A stretch of 63,954 nt of DNA, counting the filler, from Reticulomyxa filosa (lineage: Eukaryota > Protista > Foraminifera), in the NCBI GenBank assembly GCA_000512085.1. It is 21 parts of 21 records of this genome, joined end to end, with 100 filler letters (N's around TTAATTAATTAA, not from the genome) between each part and the next. Parts side by side here need not be neighbours in the genome. Positions count along the whole stretch, not along the records: positions 8,851 to 12,330 come from ASPP01015421.1; positions 12,431 to 19,802 come from ASPP01020498.1; positions 19,903 to 22,938 come from ASPP01003618.1; positions 23,039 to 24,692 come from ASPP01036784.1; positions 24,793 to 28,598 come from ASPP01021060.1; 16 more parts are not named here. One strand, 5' to 3'. The notes beneath the pieces were generated by a model that had not been told where the DNA came from, searched no databases, and saw nothing but the letters and a program-made list of their open reading frames with translations. This document shows, one piece after another, positions 11,899 to 24,833 of this stretch. The translations under genes and the position numbers were made by a program. How positions within the stretch are numbered: the stretch's first letter is position 1; every line of letters begins with the position of its first letter.

Positions 11899-12330
11899 AT
11901 GACAACTCTTAGCAATGAGAAGCAAATTTCAACACAAATAGTGTTGTCTAAAGAAGAAAATATTCAAGTAATCATACAACATTGGATTCGAATATTAAAA
12001 ATTAAATTAGGATGGATTAATGAATTTGATAAAATTGTTGTCAATTATGTTAGTTCATTTATTCTTTCTTTTTTTTTAAATACTAATTAAAATATTTAAA
12101 TGTTTATTTAACATTAGATATTTACTGTCTTCATGTTTGAAACATTTTGTTCATCATCCAAATTAATTAATACATTTATTGGACATATGATGACTGTGTG
12201 GAGTATTGATTATTCAATATTTGATGATTGTCAATTCATTTGTTCTGGATCAGATGATAACACAGTTTGTATATGGGATGTTGATAATAACAAACAAATT
12301 CAATCATTCAATGAACATTCAGAATCTGTG
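11899..12330 (+). CDS. WD40-repeat protein, 3'-truncated by contig end
   Basis: QHWIRILKIKLGWINEFDKIVVNY, an intron, then FIGHMMTVWSIDYS..FICSGSDDNTVCIWDVDNNKQIQSFNEH. Confidence 0.85.
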
Positions 12331-12430
12331 NNNNNNNNNNNNNNNNNNNNNNNNNNNNNNNNNNNNNNNNNNNNTTAATTAATTAANNNNNNNNNNNNNN
12401 NNNNNNNNNNNNNNNNNNNNNNNNNNNNNN

Positions 12431-13108
12431 TTTTTTGACTTGTTTGAACAATTGGACCATTTGGTTCAAAAAACGGAAGATAATATACCCAATGCTCCTG
12501 TGCGACAACGTCGGACGAGGAATGATTTGCCGGCGCAAAGCGCAACACGAGGCCCGTTGCAACAGACTCGAAACAGTGCAGGTGCTATGATTGCCGGAAT
12601 GACTGCTAACGGTGCTGCGGTGGTTCCCAATAACAATAACAATAACAATAATAATAGTAATAATAATAATAATAATAACTCACCTCCTTTGAGAGTGGAG
12701 TCTGACGAACTGCCTCTCAACTTTTTTGCAACGTTGATGCATATGACCTCACAGTCCATTGCTCCTTCTGCCAATCCACAGAGTATCGCTGGGGATCTTA
12801 CCGAACGTTCCGGTCGCCAGGTCGCTCAAAGCCCAAATCAAGACTCCTTTCCCTTAGAGGTTCATCCCGACTTGCTCAATGAAGCGTGGAATAATTTTGA
12901 ACGCTCCAATCACAATACGCGGCAATCCAATGGACACTTTGAATACTCTTTTCCAACTTCCGTGTCGCCTCGTGTCGACGATGATGAGGCCGGACTTTCT
13001 ACTCATCACACACGCTTTGTCAGACGAAATAACGCTGGAGGGGATAATTTTGATGATCCGCTACAGTCATGGTCACAAAGAATTGACCTATCTGGAAATG
13101 GTGAATAG
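12431..13108 (+). CDS. C-terminal part of a low-complexity (poly-Asn) protein of unknown function
   Basis: 222-aa ORF with higher GC than its flanks and an (AAT)n-encoded Asn tract; runs from the contig edge. Confidence 0.6.
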   Translation, partial: FFDLFEQLDHLVQKTEDNIPNAPVRQRRTRNDLPAQSATRGPLQQTRNSAGAMIAGMTANGAAVVPNNNNNNNNNSNNNNNNNSPPLRVESDELPLNFFATLMHMTSQSIAPSANPQSIAGDLTERSGRQVAQSPNQDSFPLEVHPDLLNEAWNNFERSNHNTRQSNGHFEYSFPTSVSPRVDDDEAGLSTHHTRFVRRNNAGGDNFDDPLQSWSQRIDLSGNGE

Positions 13109-13593
13109 CAAGTTGTAAAAGGTGAAATAAGAGGAGGGAAAGGAGAGGGGAGCTATTGAATGATATTTGTAACGTTTTGTTTTGTTTTTTTGTATGAGTG
13201 AATGGGGTCGTGTATTTATCTTGTTTTCTTTTTTTTTTATGTGTACAGTGCTTTACTTTTTTGGCTTGTCTCTTGGATGGGATTGTCGAACAGAGAGGTT
13301 GTTATTTAATATGAAATAATTAAAAAAAAAAAAAAACATTTTTCTATTAGCAACATGCTATACTTCCCTCATTTTGCAAACATTAATATCCACGGCTGCG
13401 GTGAAAGGAAAAAGTGGTACCCTACGAGTTATATAATCTTATGCGAGAATTGGTACAAAAAAAAAAGTTTGTTTTTCAACGTACAAATTTTGTGGAGACA
13501 ATTTAGAAAGTGAGCGTGTGTTTTTGTTGACCAAAATAAAATGTAAGGTTTTGAATGAAAAAAATTGTAATTAAGAAAAAAAAAAAAAAAAGA

Positions 13594-14937
13594 CTATGTT
13601 TCAATATCTTCTTGTATACATGGCATTTCAGTAGTGGCGGAAGAAATAGACATTTGTAATTCGGCTTTAACACTTGCTTTGGATAAGCTCCCCACACATT
13701 CATGGCATTTTAAATGGCATATACGACAGTGCTTGTCATATAGTGTTGCACCAAACGAAGTTTGTAAATACATGGTCCACAAAATAATGCAGACACAAAT
13801 ACATGCAAAGGAACTCAAAATAAAGTATCGGATTTTTGATCGTGAAAGGCCCACTGCTCCCAAAAAAACTTGGACGGAAGTTTTAACAATCACGCACAAG
13901 CCATTTAAGAATGTATACTTTGTGATGGTCTTCACAAGGTCTATTTCTGAAGATTGAAACGGGACAGTGGATTTTCGGTCTGAAGGATTTTCCTCCTTAG
14001 CGTCGTTATTCATTTCCGGACTATGTCGTGGTTTCATCTGCAACGCGTTCTTTGCAAGTTTATGCACATACGCTTTGGAGCGATACGTTTCTTTATATGA
14101 TTGTTTCAACAACATAAATAATCTCTTTGCAAATAAAAATATCAGTAAAAGGCCTCCAAAAAAATCCAGTAAAAACATCATAAGCAATATTGCCGATTGC
14201 ATGAATACGTTTTTTTCGCGCTGCTTTTCGCTTACATTCTGAGATGCTGACAATGCATATATGATAAACACTGCCATTGCTACGTACACCAAACCAAGCA
14301 CCATCTTTACCCCTCGCACTACGGCTGCTGAATATTCGTAGCCAGTATCTTTAAATGTCGTTTGAATTCTTGTCAAAAATAATACGTACCTTTATATATG
14401 CATATGCATTAATATATTGTATATGTACATACAGCACATAAAAAATAGTGAGGCTTTTTTGTTTGTTTGTCCTTTTTTCTTACATTGAGCAAGAACCACC
14501 GACAAATGTATACATCGACAAGGGAACTAATATCAACAATATTGGATGGTGGTATAATTGCGCTAGATATATGTCCAAAGTGCTTTCTTTTGCTCCTACG
14601 ATAATGCTTACATATGCTAAAGTACTGCAAGTCCAAAACATTGAGACACTCAATGCTGTTTGTGTTTTTATAAGGGATATATGTGCATGTTCTATAATGC
14701 AGTATTACTTTTTTCTCTTTTTTTTTTTTGCTTATGTTTTTAGCAAGGAAATATCAATATCTTCTCACTTGTAAAAATTTTGACATCTTTATATATCGCG
14801 TTTCTTTGTGACTGGTTTTGCCTAACGAAGAAATGATATGAGATCAACAAAGGAACAATTGTTCCAATGACCAAGCATACGCTACAGATACTAAAAATAA
14901 TGATATTGGTTGTGTTAAAATTTTTAGCGGGTATCAT
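13594..14937 (-). CDS. 7-transmembrane GPCR-like protein, copy 1 (2 introns)
   Basis: Spliced product MIPAKNFNTT... has seven hydrophobic segments, a long third intracellular loop and a C-terminal YDKHCRICHLKCHEC motif. Confidence 0.8.
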
Positions 14938-15220
14938 TAGATAAAGCAAAGATTAGAACGGGAGAAAACTTGAATTTTTGTTAGATAAAATCGCACTCTA
15001 ATCATAAAACACTCACAAATTTAGTAAGTCAAAGCTAATGGAAAACCACGACAGTTTTAACATTGCCTCATCCTCTATTGGACAACTAGAAGTGATAACA
15101 TTAAGATATACTGCAATTATTTGATTACTATAAGTGATGTGTGCATTAACATAACATGCCAATTTTTTGAAAGCAGTTGAACAAAAAAGAAAATTGACCT
15201 AAAATTGACCTAAAATAGTC

Positions 15221-15715
15221 TTATAGAAATGGCTGGTTTTCTTCACGAAAACACAACAATTAATCCAAATTTTTAAAAAACATCGAAAATTGTGAGTTTT
15301 TAATATCGTTTTTTTTGTCTTTCAAAATTTTTTCAAAAATTTGATCTTTTATTTGATTTTTTAAATTTTTAAAAAGTTGACAGTTGTATTTTTCTCGTAT
15401 TATAACTTTTCAATTTTTTTGCATTTTTTTGCTTGTTTTTTTTACGATCACACAATTGCTTTGTTAAAAGAATTCAAGTTTTTCAGCAAAGATATCCAAT
15501 AACAGCAAATAAAAATAAAAGACAGTTAAAACAATCAACATCAAACAACTCCAAACAACTATGACTCAAAATAAATAAACGCTTAAATTCAAAAATTTAA
15601 ATCTGCCTTTTTTTAAAGGATAAAATAAAAAACCAAAAGGATATTTAAAACTACACGATTCGATTATATTTTTCTTCAAATAAAAAAAATGATTAAATGT
15701 TGTTTTTCATAGGGA
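15221..15715. mobile_element. MITE-like non-autonomous element with long imperfect terminal inverted repeats
   Basis: 15221-15420 aligns by eye with the reverse complement of 53010-53213, next to the Tc1 relic. 15630-15710 is the inverted copy (AAAACTACACGATT..AATGTTGTTTTTC). Confidence 0.6.
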
Positions 15716-16582
15716 ACGTAGTGACTCTGGTACTGAATTAACGAGTGTAATACATTCTCGAGCAATTTTTTATTTATTAATTTATTTCTGCTTTTTGAAA
15801 AAGGGAAAAACGCAATAAGAGGTGTAGAACAGACCCTCTAATTACAGAAGTTCCACTCGGAATGAGGGAACCCTTTTCCTTTAGCAAACAATATTCACTC
15901 TTCTTTAATCTTTCTATTTTCTTAGTCTTTGTCAGTGTGTTGATCATTTCTTTATTATTTGAATGTTTTTGTTTTCTTTCCTGAACATTTATTCAGTAAC
16001 AACTTTCGTATTACGTTTAGTGCTACCTCCACAGGAACAAAAGTGAACAGTAATTTAAGCGATACGAACATATATTGGATTATTTAAATTCTATGACTAG
16101 TTCATTATTTATTTTTAAATGTATTGAAACTACAATTTGATATCTTAGAAAAATGTTTAAGTAATTTTCAACTTTATTTGTTTTTTCTGGTATCGTTAAA
16201 AAAAATGCTGATTTTAATAAAAAATGGTAATGTGTTTAACTTTTTAATACCAGAAAAATCTTTAACTTTTTTCAAAATTTTCAAAAAATGGAAAAAACAA
16301 AGACTTTTTATTAGATGTTATTAAAAAATTTTTAAAAATGTTGATTTTTATGAACAGAATTGCAAATATTTATAGCGATTCATTGGAAGAAATAATTTCT
16401 GCTGTGATTAGTTGTAAGTGTCAATCGCTTAGCCATTTGGCTTGTTGTTTAGGAGGAGTTGATACATAAGGAATGTTCGTTTTTCAACATACAAATTTTG
16501 TGGAAACAATTTAGAAAAATCAATTTTTATTGAGTCAAAAAAAGGATTATGTACGCAAAAATGCAAGAAGAAAAAAAAAAAA

Positions 16583-17947
16583 TTATATTTCAGAATCTTT
16601 TTGTGTGCATGGTGATCTAGTAATGGGGGAAGGAATAGACATTTGTAATTCGGTTTCCACACTTGCTTTGGATAAGCTTCTCACACACCCTTGACACCTT
16701 GAATGGCATATATGACAGTACTTATTATAAAGTGCTGTGCCAAATGGGGTTTGTAAATACATAGTCCACAGAATAATGCAGACACAAACACACGAAAAGG
16801 AAGCTAATATGAAGTATCGCACTCTCGTCCGTGAAAGGACGACCGCCCCCAAATAGAGTTGGATGATAGTCTTGACAAGCACACACAAGCCATTTAAGAA
16901 TGTATACTTTGTGATGGTATTCACCAGATCTATTTCCGAAGATTGAAACTGGACAGTGAGTTTTTGAACTGAAAGGCTTCGTTCCATGGTGATACTACTC
17001 CTTTCTGGGGTAGACAATTGCCTGACTTGCAACACTTCCTTTGCAATGTCGTGCACATACATTTTAGAGCGATACGTCTCTTTGTACGATTGTTTCAATA
17101 ATTCATACAATCTCTTGATGAACAAATATATCAACAAAATTCCCTCAAAGAAATCTATTAAAAACATTGTAAGCAATATTGCCACTTGAATGAATATATT
17201 TTTTTTGAGCTCTTTTTCGCTCAGGTTCCGAGCTTCCACTGACAATGCATATATAATAAATGCTGCTATTGATACATACATCAAAACAAGCATTACTTTC
17301 ATCACTCGTATCATAACAGTCGAATATTTGAATCCAGTCCCACTAAATGTCTTTTGGATTCTTGACATAAATAATATATACCTTTGTGTATGTATTTTAT
17401 ATAAATGATACGTGTGCATGCACATACATGTACATGTACGTATACAAAAACAGTACAACGGGGAGTCTTCGCTTACTTATCCTTTTTTTTCCTTACATTG
17501 AGCAAGAACCACTGGTAAACGTATACATCGCGAATGAAACTAATATCAACAATGCTGGATGATGGTATACTTGTATTACATATATGTCTAAAACGCTTTC
17601 TTTTGCTCCTACGATAATACTTACATATGCTGAAACACTGCTAATCCAAAACATTGAGATACTTAATACTGTTTGTATTTTTACAGTAGATATATGTGTA
17701 TGTTCCATGACATAGTATCACTTTTTTCTTTTTTTTTTTGCTTGTTGTTTTTAGCAGGGAAATATCAAAGCATTTTCTCACCTGTAAAAATCCTAATATC
17801 TTTGAATACCGTGTTTCTTTGCGACTCTTGCCTTACGAATACTTGATAAGAGACCAACAAAGGAACAATCGTTCCGATGACTAAGCATATGCTACAAATA
17901 CTGAAAATGATTATATTTGTTGTGTCAAAATTTTTAGCCGGTATCAT
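16583..17947 (-). CDS. 7-transmembrane GPCR-like protein, copy 2 (2 introns)
   Basis: Close paralogue of copy 1 (MIPAKNFDTTNIIIFSIC.., SSEIDLVNTITKYTFLNGLCV, YNKYCHICHSRCQGC) with the same intron positions. Confidence 0.8.
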
Positions 17948-18321
17948 CAGATAAAAGAAACAGTTAGAATGGGAAAAAACTTGAAATTTTTGTTAGACCA
18001 AGTCAGTGCACTTAACGTCCAGCGCCGTTCACGAGACGTAAAAACAAGCGAGAAAATTCAAAAACTAGAAGCTAGCAACTTCTTTTGATTGACTGTGATA
18101 ACAAAATTACAATATTTTTCAAAACATTAAAAATCAAGTAAATCTTTAGATTTTCCATGACTTGTACACATTGTTTCGAAAGGATCTTGATATTTCATAA
18201 AGAAAATTGAAAATATTTTAGTGGCTGATTTTAAAGTTGTTTTTTTTTCTTGCAGTCAATCGTAAGTAGCAATAAAGAAATATCGAAGACGCTACAAGAA
18301 AAATTGATTCCATTTTACAGC

Positions 18322-19303
18322 TCATAAAAAAAAAAAGAGATTTTTACTATCCATTGGTATGTGTTGAGCCTCAATAGTGGGGGAAGGAATAGGCATGTGC
18401 AATTCAGCTTGCACAATTTTTTTAGACAAGCTTCCCATACATTTCTGGCATTTCAAATGGTATACACGACAGTACTTGTCATAGAGTGATGTACCGAACA
18501 GGATCTGCAAGTACATGATCCCCAAAATGGTACAGATGCAGACACATGAAAAGGAGGCCACGACGAAGTATCGGATTCTTGACTGTGAAAAGCCCAAGAC
18601 CACTCAAAAAATTTGAATGAAAGTTTTGATAAGAACGCAACCATCACTTACACCGCTCTCACCATAACTGTCGAGTAGTATCGTTAAATACGATTCGGAT
18701 TCTTATCAAAAATAATACATATCTTTAAGTATTTATTTATATAAAAAAAAAAAAAAAAAAACACATATATACTTGGATGTGTATCTATATCGTGTCCATA
18801 CATATTTACTTATTTATGCATATGTATACGTAAAACGTAGTGCAAGGCTTTTGTTTGTTTGCCCCTTTTCTTACATTGAGAAAGAACCTCTAACAAACGT
18901 ATACATCTCCAATGGAACTAATATCAACAATACTGGATGATAAATTAATTGCACGAGAGGTATGTCCAAAATGCTCCTACGATTATACATGCATACGCTC
19001 AGCACTGCAAATCCAAAACATCGAGACACACAACACTGTTTATGTGTTTATAATAGAGGTATACGTGCATGTCTTCAATACAGTTTAATCCTTTTTTTTT
19101 AAGTTGTTGGCAGGGAAATATCAAAACGTCTTCTTACTTGAAAAATTTTAACGTCTTTAGTACTGGATTTTTTTGGCAATTTTTGCTCGATGAAAAACTG
19201 GTACAACGTCAACAAAGGAATAGCAGTTCCGGCAACTAAACATACGCTACAGATACTAAAAATAATGATATTCGTTGTATTAACATTTTTGGCGGGTATT
19301 ATT
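18322..19303 (-). pseudogene. 7TM GPCR-like copy 3, pseudogene
   Basis: Homologous N- and C-termini, but the start ATG reads ATA, there are indels, and the TM4-TM5/ICL3 region is deleted near 18640-18690. Confidence 0.75.
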
Positions 19304-21207
19304 ACATAAAGGAAAAAGATTAGAATGGATAAATCACATGAGTCAAAACTTGACTGGGCGCTACCTGCCAGTTGTAACGTTGTTTCGTCTTCTGGCAGTC
19401 AAATACGCATGACATTAAGATATAAAGCAATTACTTGTTTATTATAAGTGCTAGCTATGTATTTGTTTTGAAAATAAAAATCAATTTTTCAAAATAAAAA
19501 AAACAGACACTGACAAAAATTTAATTATTAGTGACAGAAACAGTGAACTGTAAGACGTCAGCCAGAAAAGAGTTCGCACTAAATGTAATACGAAAGTGCT
19601 TTTTTGCTCAAAGAGCCTGATTGTCAACAAACAAGTAAATTAAAACAAATTAAAGAGAAATGACACGAAAAAGAGGAAAACAAAACAAGGCAAAGTGAAG
19701 AAGGTTGTAAAGGAAGTTTAACCCACTGGGGGTTCCTCGGGTCCTCCCGAGTTCAAATCTTTAGAATAGGGACTTGTACTACAGAACAGTAGATTACTTC
19801 ATNNNNNNNNNNNNNNNNNNNNNNNNNNNNNNNNNNNNNNNNNNNNTTAATTAATTAANNNNNNNNNNNNNNNNNNNNNNNNNNNNNNNNNNNNNNNNNN
19901 NNTATAACTCGAATGATTTATCTTTTTGATCTTTTGTTTATCAATCCACTATTTGGTTGCTTTCGTTTCGTGACTTGCCATTCGTGTCGACGTCAATATC
20001 GTTCGACATTATTTTGTATTGTCGTTATGATTATTTCTGGAATCAGGTATACTAATACCATTTCCAATTCCATATCCATTTCCATCTCCAATTCAACCAT
20101 GCATACTGGAACTTTCTTGATAAAAATCGACTTTAATCTTGAAGCTATATTTTCAAAATACAGCTTTTTTAACAAAAGTTAATCAATGAATTGCTAAACA
20201 TAAAATTTTTTTTGGACAGAATATTTAGCAAGTACTTCTTACGAAAATGAATTAAACAATTACGGTGCCAAAAGAATATTAAAATAGAAGAAGTCACAAT
20301 CACAAAAATCCAACAACTAGATTATAAAAAATGTTATCTAAAGCTGTTTGCATTAATTACAATTATCTTTCAATGTCTTTTTTAATCACTTGTGTAAATA
20401 TATTTAATAACGTAGTATCATGTGCAAAACTGCTATTTAAGTATATCTTGCGCTGAATGCACAATTTCATTTATTTACAACATTAATTACATTACACCAA
20501 CTTCAAATTTCTTCCACTGAAATTTATTCTATTCAATACTAATTATAATTATACCTTTGATATAAATGTTAATATATTTTAGATCATCATTTTAATAATA
20601 TTTCAAATATTTTATTATTGTGTATGTTATGAAATTATCCAATTGCAAATTAAATTTCACTTTTTTTAATTCGTTTTTATCTTTAAAAAAAATTGATTTT
20701 TGCATGACACAATCAAATAATTTGATTGTAACAAATTTACAATTGTGTTTTCAATATTATCATCAAGATATGAGTTTTTTTGCTGTTGGTTGTATCTTTT
20801 TCTTTAATAACATTTCATGTCGAATTATTTTCATTTTAATACACTTTTTTTGAATGTCAATCCCGTATACACAGTACGAAAAGTAATACGTAGAACGTAC
20901 TTAGAAAAACTTGTTTCTAAATAATTTTTATTGCTCATTATATGTATGCCTAATGAGACAATTGACTCAAAGAAAAACTGAAGAAAACTAAGTGGACAGA
21001 ACTAACAGCAAAAGACAATCTATACCAAAGTAATAAATATAAATTTGTTTACTATGATTGTTGTCTTTGTTTAATTTGGGTTTAGTTATTAAAAAATCGC
21101 AGTTGTTTACAAACACCTATTTTAATGAAGATATGCACATATGACAATCCAAACAAAGGAAAAAAAAACATTCATCAAACATGTTTTTGATTTGTTTATA
21201 TTTTATT

Positions 21208-22899
21208 TTAAAGTTCTGTTGGTGGTATAATATCAGCGACTTTGTCTTTGTCGGCTTGTGTGTAAGGATAGTGAGCACCGTACGTGGACATGCTTTCTTC
21301 TCTATCAGCGACTGATATACTGTCCTCCCTGTCATCAAATGAGTCAATATATCCATTGATGAGTGAGTCGGATAGCATGGGGACATTTTCTGTCATTGAT
21401 CGAATTCGCAAATGAGTCTATTTTTAATTCCAGGTTAAAAGTAAAAGGAGATTTTTTTTAACCAAGAAAATGAAAAAAGAACTTTCCTCTTCTCCCCTTC
21501 CTTTTCTCTCTTGTTTCAACAGTATTATAAGAATAACAAAAAGTACCTCATTACGACGATGAACGGATAGATCGACATCTTCTTCCGTAGTTCGATTGGT
21601 GTCTAAAGACATCATTTTTTCAAAATCGGCAATTTGTTGTTCGGTCTTGCTCATGCGCCTCGGTCGGACAGGAGACGTAACAACGACCTGAGTGTTGGGG
21701 GACTGATCTTGACCGTTCACGTCATCTTCCGTTGTTTCGACTTTGATTTCGTCTGCAGTACTCTTGTTCGCATTGGCATTGGTGTCGATTGTTGCATGTT
21801 CACTTTCAATTGTGGTTTCTGTTTTCAATTGCAGAGTGGGCGGAGATGAATTGCTAATAACTGATTCCACTACATCCGCAGCGATCTTTTCTTCTTTCGC
21901 TTCATTTCTATTGGGAAAAAGAGTGGATCGTTAAACATAAATAAAACATTTCTTTTTTTAAAAAAAAATAACTTTTTTTTTTCCAATTCCTTTTGATGTT
22001 TGATTTGAGCCAAATCACTTCCAATCAAATGCGCTCTAGCGCTATTTCGGCGAATGAAAAAGTTGCTATCAACAACATTATTGTCATTGGAGTGTTTGGA
22101 GGCGTGATAACCGTGATGATGATGATGATGATGGAGATGAGGGTGATGATGTTTGCCAATGGAGAAGATTTGCTCTTTGGTGCTTTTTCTGGGAGCGGCG
22201 GACCTCGACGAGATCGCAGTGGAGGCAGGGGAAGGAGAAGGGGAAGGGGAAGGGGAAGGGATAGGCGCAGGAACAGGAGAAGAGTTTGGAGAAGGTGAAG
22301 ACGGATTGGTCTTTGTGCCGTTGGAAGTCGCACGTCGCGGACGTGCATTTTTTTTGTTTTGAAGTCGGGTTTTTTTCGAGGGCAGCACTTGTTTGAAATG
22401 ATTTCGAACACGCGAGGGGAGCACACGTCCATTTTCTTCTGCCAACTCCCATGCCACTTTGTACACTTCACACGCGCGCGACAAGTGAATGCCATTTTGA
22501 TTCTTTGTGCCCGTTTCAAATTGCGTAAAGATCTTTAAGGCATCTTCTTGATACAATATTCTCTCGGGTTTTTTTTTCTCTTGGGACATTTTTGTTGTTG
22601 TTGTTTCCAGAGATTCTTTTTTCTCGGGTTTTTTTTCATTGTCATTGTCATTGCTATTGTTATCAGCGTTGCTAGTCAAAATATTATTATTGTTATTGTT
22701 GTTTGCATTTGTAATTGTTGCTTCGTTTTTCAACGCTATTTCGGTTTCCGTTTCATCTTGAGTTTCCATTACCATCTCTGTTTCTGTTTCTGTTTCTGTC
22801 GGAGTGTCCGATATTATTGCTGTTGCTCGTACTGCTATTGTCATTAGTTGTTGTTTGTTGAATTCAGGAGTTGCTATGATGACAGCCGAATTAGTAGTA

Positions 22900-22938
<39 letters not shown>
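21208..22938 (-). CDS. Multi-exon low-complexity protein, 5'-truncated, unknown function
   Basis: Long minus-strand ORFs with poly-N, poly-H and PS repeats, separated by AT-rich introns. Confidence 0.6.
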
Positions 22939-23361
22939 NNNNNNNNNNNNNNNNNNNNNNNNNNNNNNNNNNNNNNNNNNNNTTAATTAATTAANNNNNN
23001 NNNNNNNNNNNNNNNNNNNNNNNNNNNNNNNNNNNNNNTGTAGTGTGGCCAAGGTGATATTCACCAAGTGGGCGTCGCCACAAACTTGTGGTGTTTATTA
23101 AGTTAGCATTGTTTATATGTGTTTTTGCCATAAGTTTCAAACATTCAACAAGTTTAATTAATTACTTTGTTGATAAAATAAGTATTTTGTTTGATGTTTA
23201 GTTTTGTTTCTGCTTCGTTTTGATGTTTATTGCTTATTGTATTATTATTGTTTTTTCCCCCAGCTCACTTGATAATGCAAATTGATATTCTTTGACCAAT
23301 TCTACTTCTTAGTTGTAAACTGACGAATTATTTTTTGGCACAGCAACACGGGGAAAAAAAG

Positions 23362-24120
23362 ATGGGAACAAAAATGGAGAACGAATATTGTTGATATTAG
23401 TATTGGTGATATTATTCTTTTTAAATTGGTGCGTTTCGATTCCTTTGATTTTGTACTCATGGTGAAAATATGAAAGTTTATTTGATCAAATGCTGATAAA
23501 GAAACGACACCCAAAAATAGTTCGTGGCATAATAGTGTCGGTGTTGTCGGTCTTGGGTATAGCCAACACAATGGTAACTCTGCCGCAACAACTTTTGTTG
23601 CAAGTCACTATCAACTTAATCGTTGGCATCCGTTTGACAGCGTCGCAAATGTCTTTTACACTTTTTTTTTATTTGCATTTTTGTATCTGTCGGGATGGAG
23701 GTCATGCCTAATGGGGGGTGTGTGGTGGATGGAAAAAAAAGGTAGACTTGGTAGTACACTTAAAATCGAATTCGTGGCGAAGGCTGCTAGACCAAAGATC
23801 ATGTACATTATTATTTAATTTTTTATTTTTTTTTTTTGCTTCGAAAACTCGCAAACTTTGCAACATACATAAAAAAGAAAAAGCTAATTTTTTTATTCGT
23901 TACCGAACAACATTGGACAACTCTCGTGTTGTCGCAATTCCATTGGCAATATGTTATGGAATAACAGTGTTATTTGTGAGTATTGCTTATATTGGGGCGG
24001 ACAGGGAATGGTGGAGATCACAAATTGCTATCATTGCCGACGTCGGTAGTTATTCCACATTATTGCTATTTATATTTGCAACTTATTATTTCACTCCTGC
24101 GTTTCATGACAAGTTGTTTT
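23362..24120 (+). pseudogene. Multi-pass membrane (7TM-like) gene with an in-frame stop and a frameshift
   Basis: MGTKNGERILLILVLVILFFLNWCVSIPLILYSW*KYESLFDQMLIKKRHPK: TGA at 23463-23465, and a frameshift in the T-run at about 23661-23670. Confidence 0.55.
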
Positions 24121-24792
24121 TACTTTAAAAATTGTTTCAAACAATTTTTAAAGGTTTTTTTTTGTTGTTGTTGTTGTTGCGATCCACCCTTTTTTTTTTG
24201 TTTATGCATCACCTACTGTACAAATCCATTTGTCCTTTTGTTCGTCCACGAGACATTGACATCATCATGTCGTCTCTCATTCATATTCGTCATATTCCAA
24301 TTGTTTGTAAATAACGCCATTGCATTGTCTTCGAAGAATACTGGAAACTTGTAATAAATACTCCATCCATACTCCAATCTATCACATCTGCATCACGTAC
24401 ACAATTTTCTTTTGTTATGTTCATGGTTACACTATAGCAACCATCTTTGCTCATTATCACCTAAAAATGAAATTATATAATTATATCGCGACAAACAAAC
24501 AAAATGTCAATCATCAATTTAATTTGGAAACTAAGAAAAAATACTTGGGTTCGGGTTGCAGCAGCATCATCCTTCACAAAACCTTTCATTATTTATATTG
24601 AATGTTGTGTTTAGAGTTTAACAAAATTCTTTGAAAAGAAAAAAGTTCAAATCCTTTTTTTTTTTTCCTCGTAGATATAATAGAAGCACTTTNNNNNNNN
24701 NNNNNNNNNNNNNNNNNNNNNNNNNNNNNNNNNNNNTTAATTAATTAANNNNNNNNNNNNNNNNNNNNNNNNNNNNNNNNNNNNNNNNNNNN

Positions 24793-24833
<41 letters not shown>

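Noticed and set aside
19722-19775. GAGTTCAAATC B-box-like motif suggesting a tRNA or SINE
   Set aside because: I could not build a cloverleaf or find an A-box and acceptor stem.
23463-23465. Possible TGA-to-Trp genetic code reassignment
   Set aside because: TGA, TAA and TAG all terminate well-supported genes here (VOC-GyrI, ABCC and retroelement end in TGA; SET in TAA; 7TM copy 1 in TAG).
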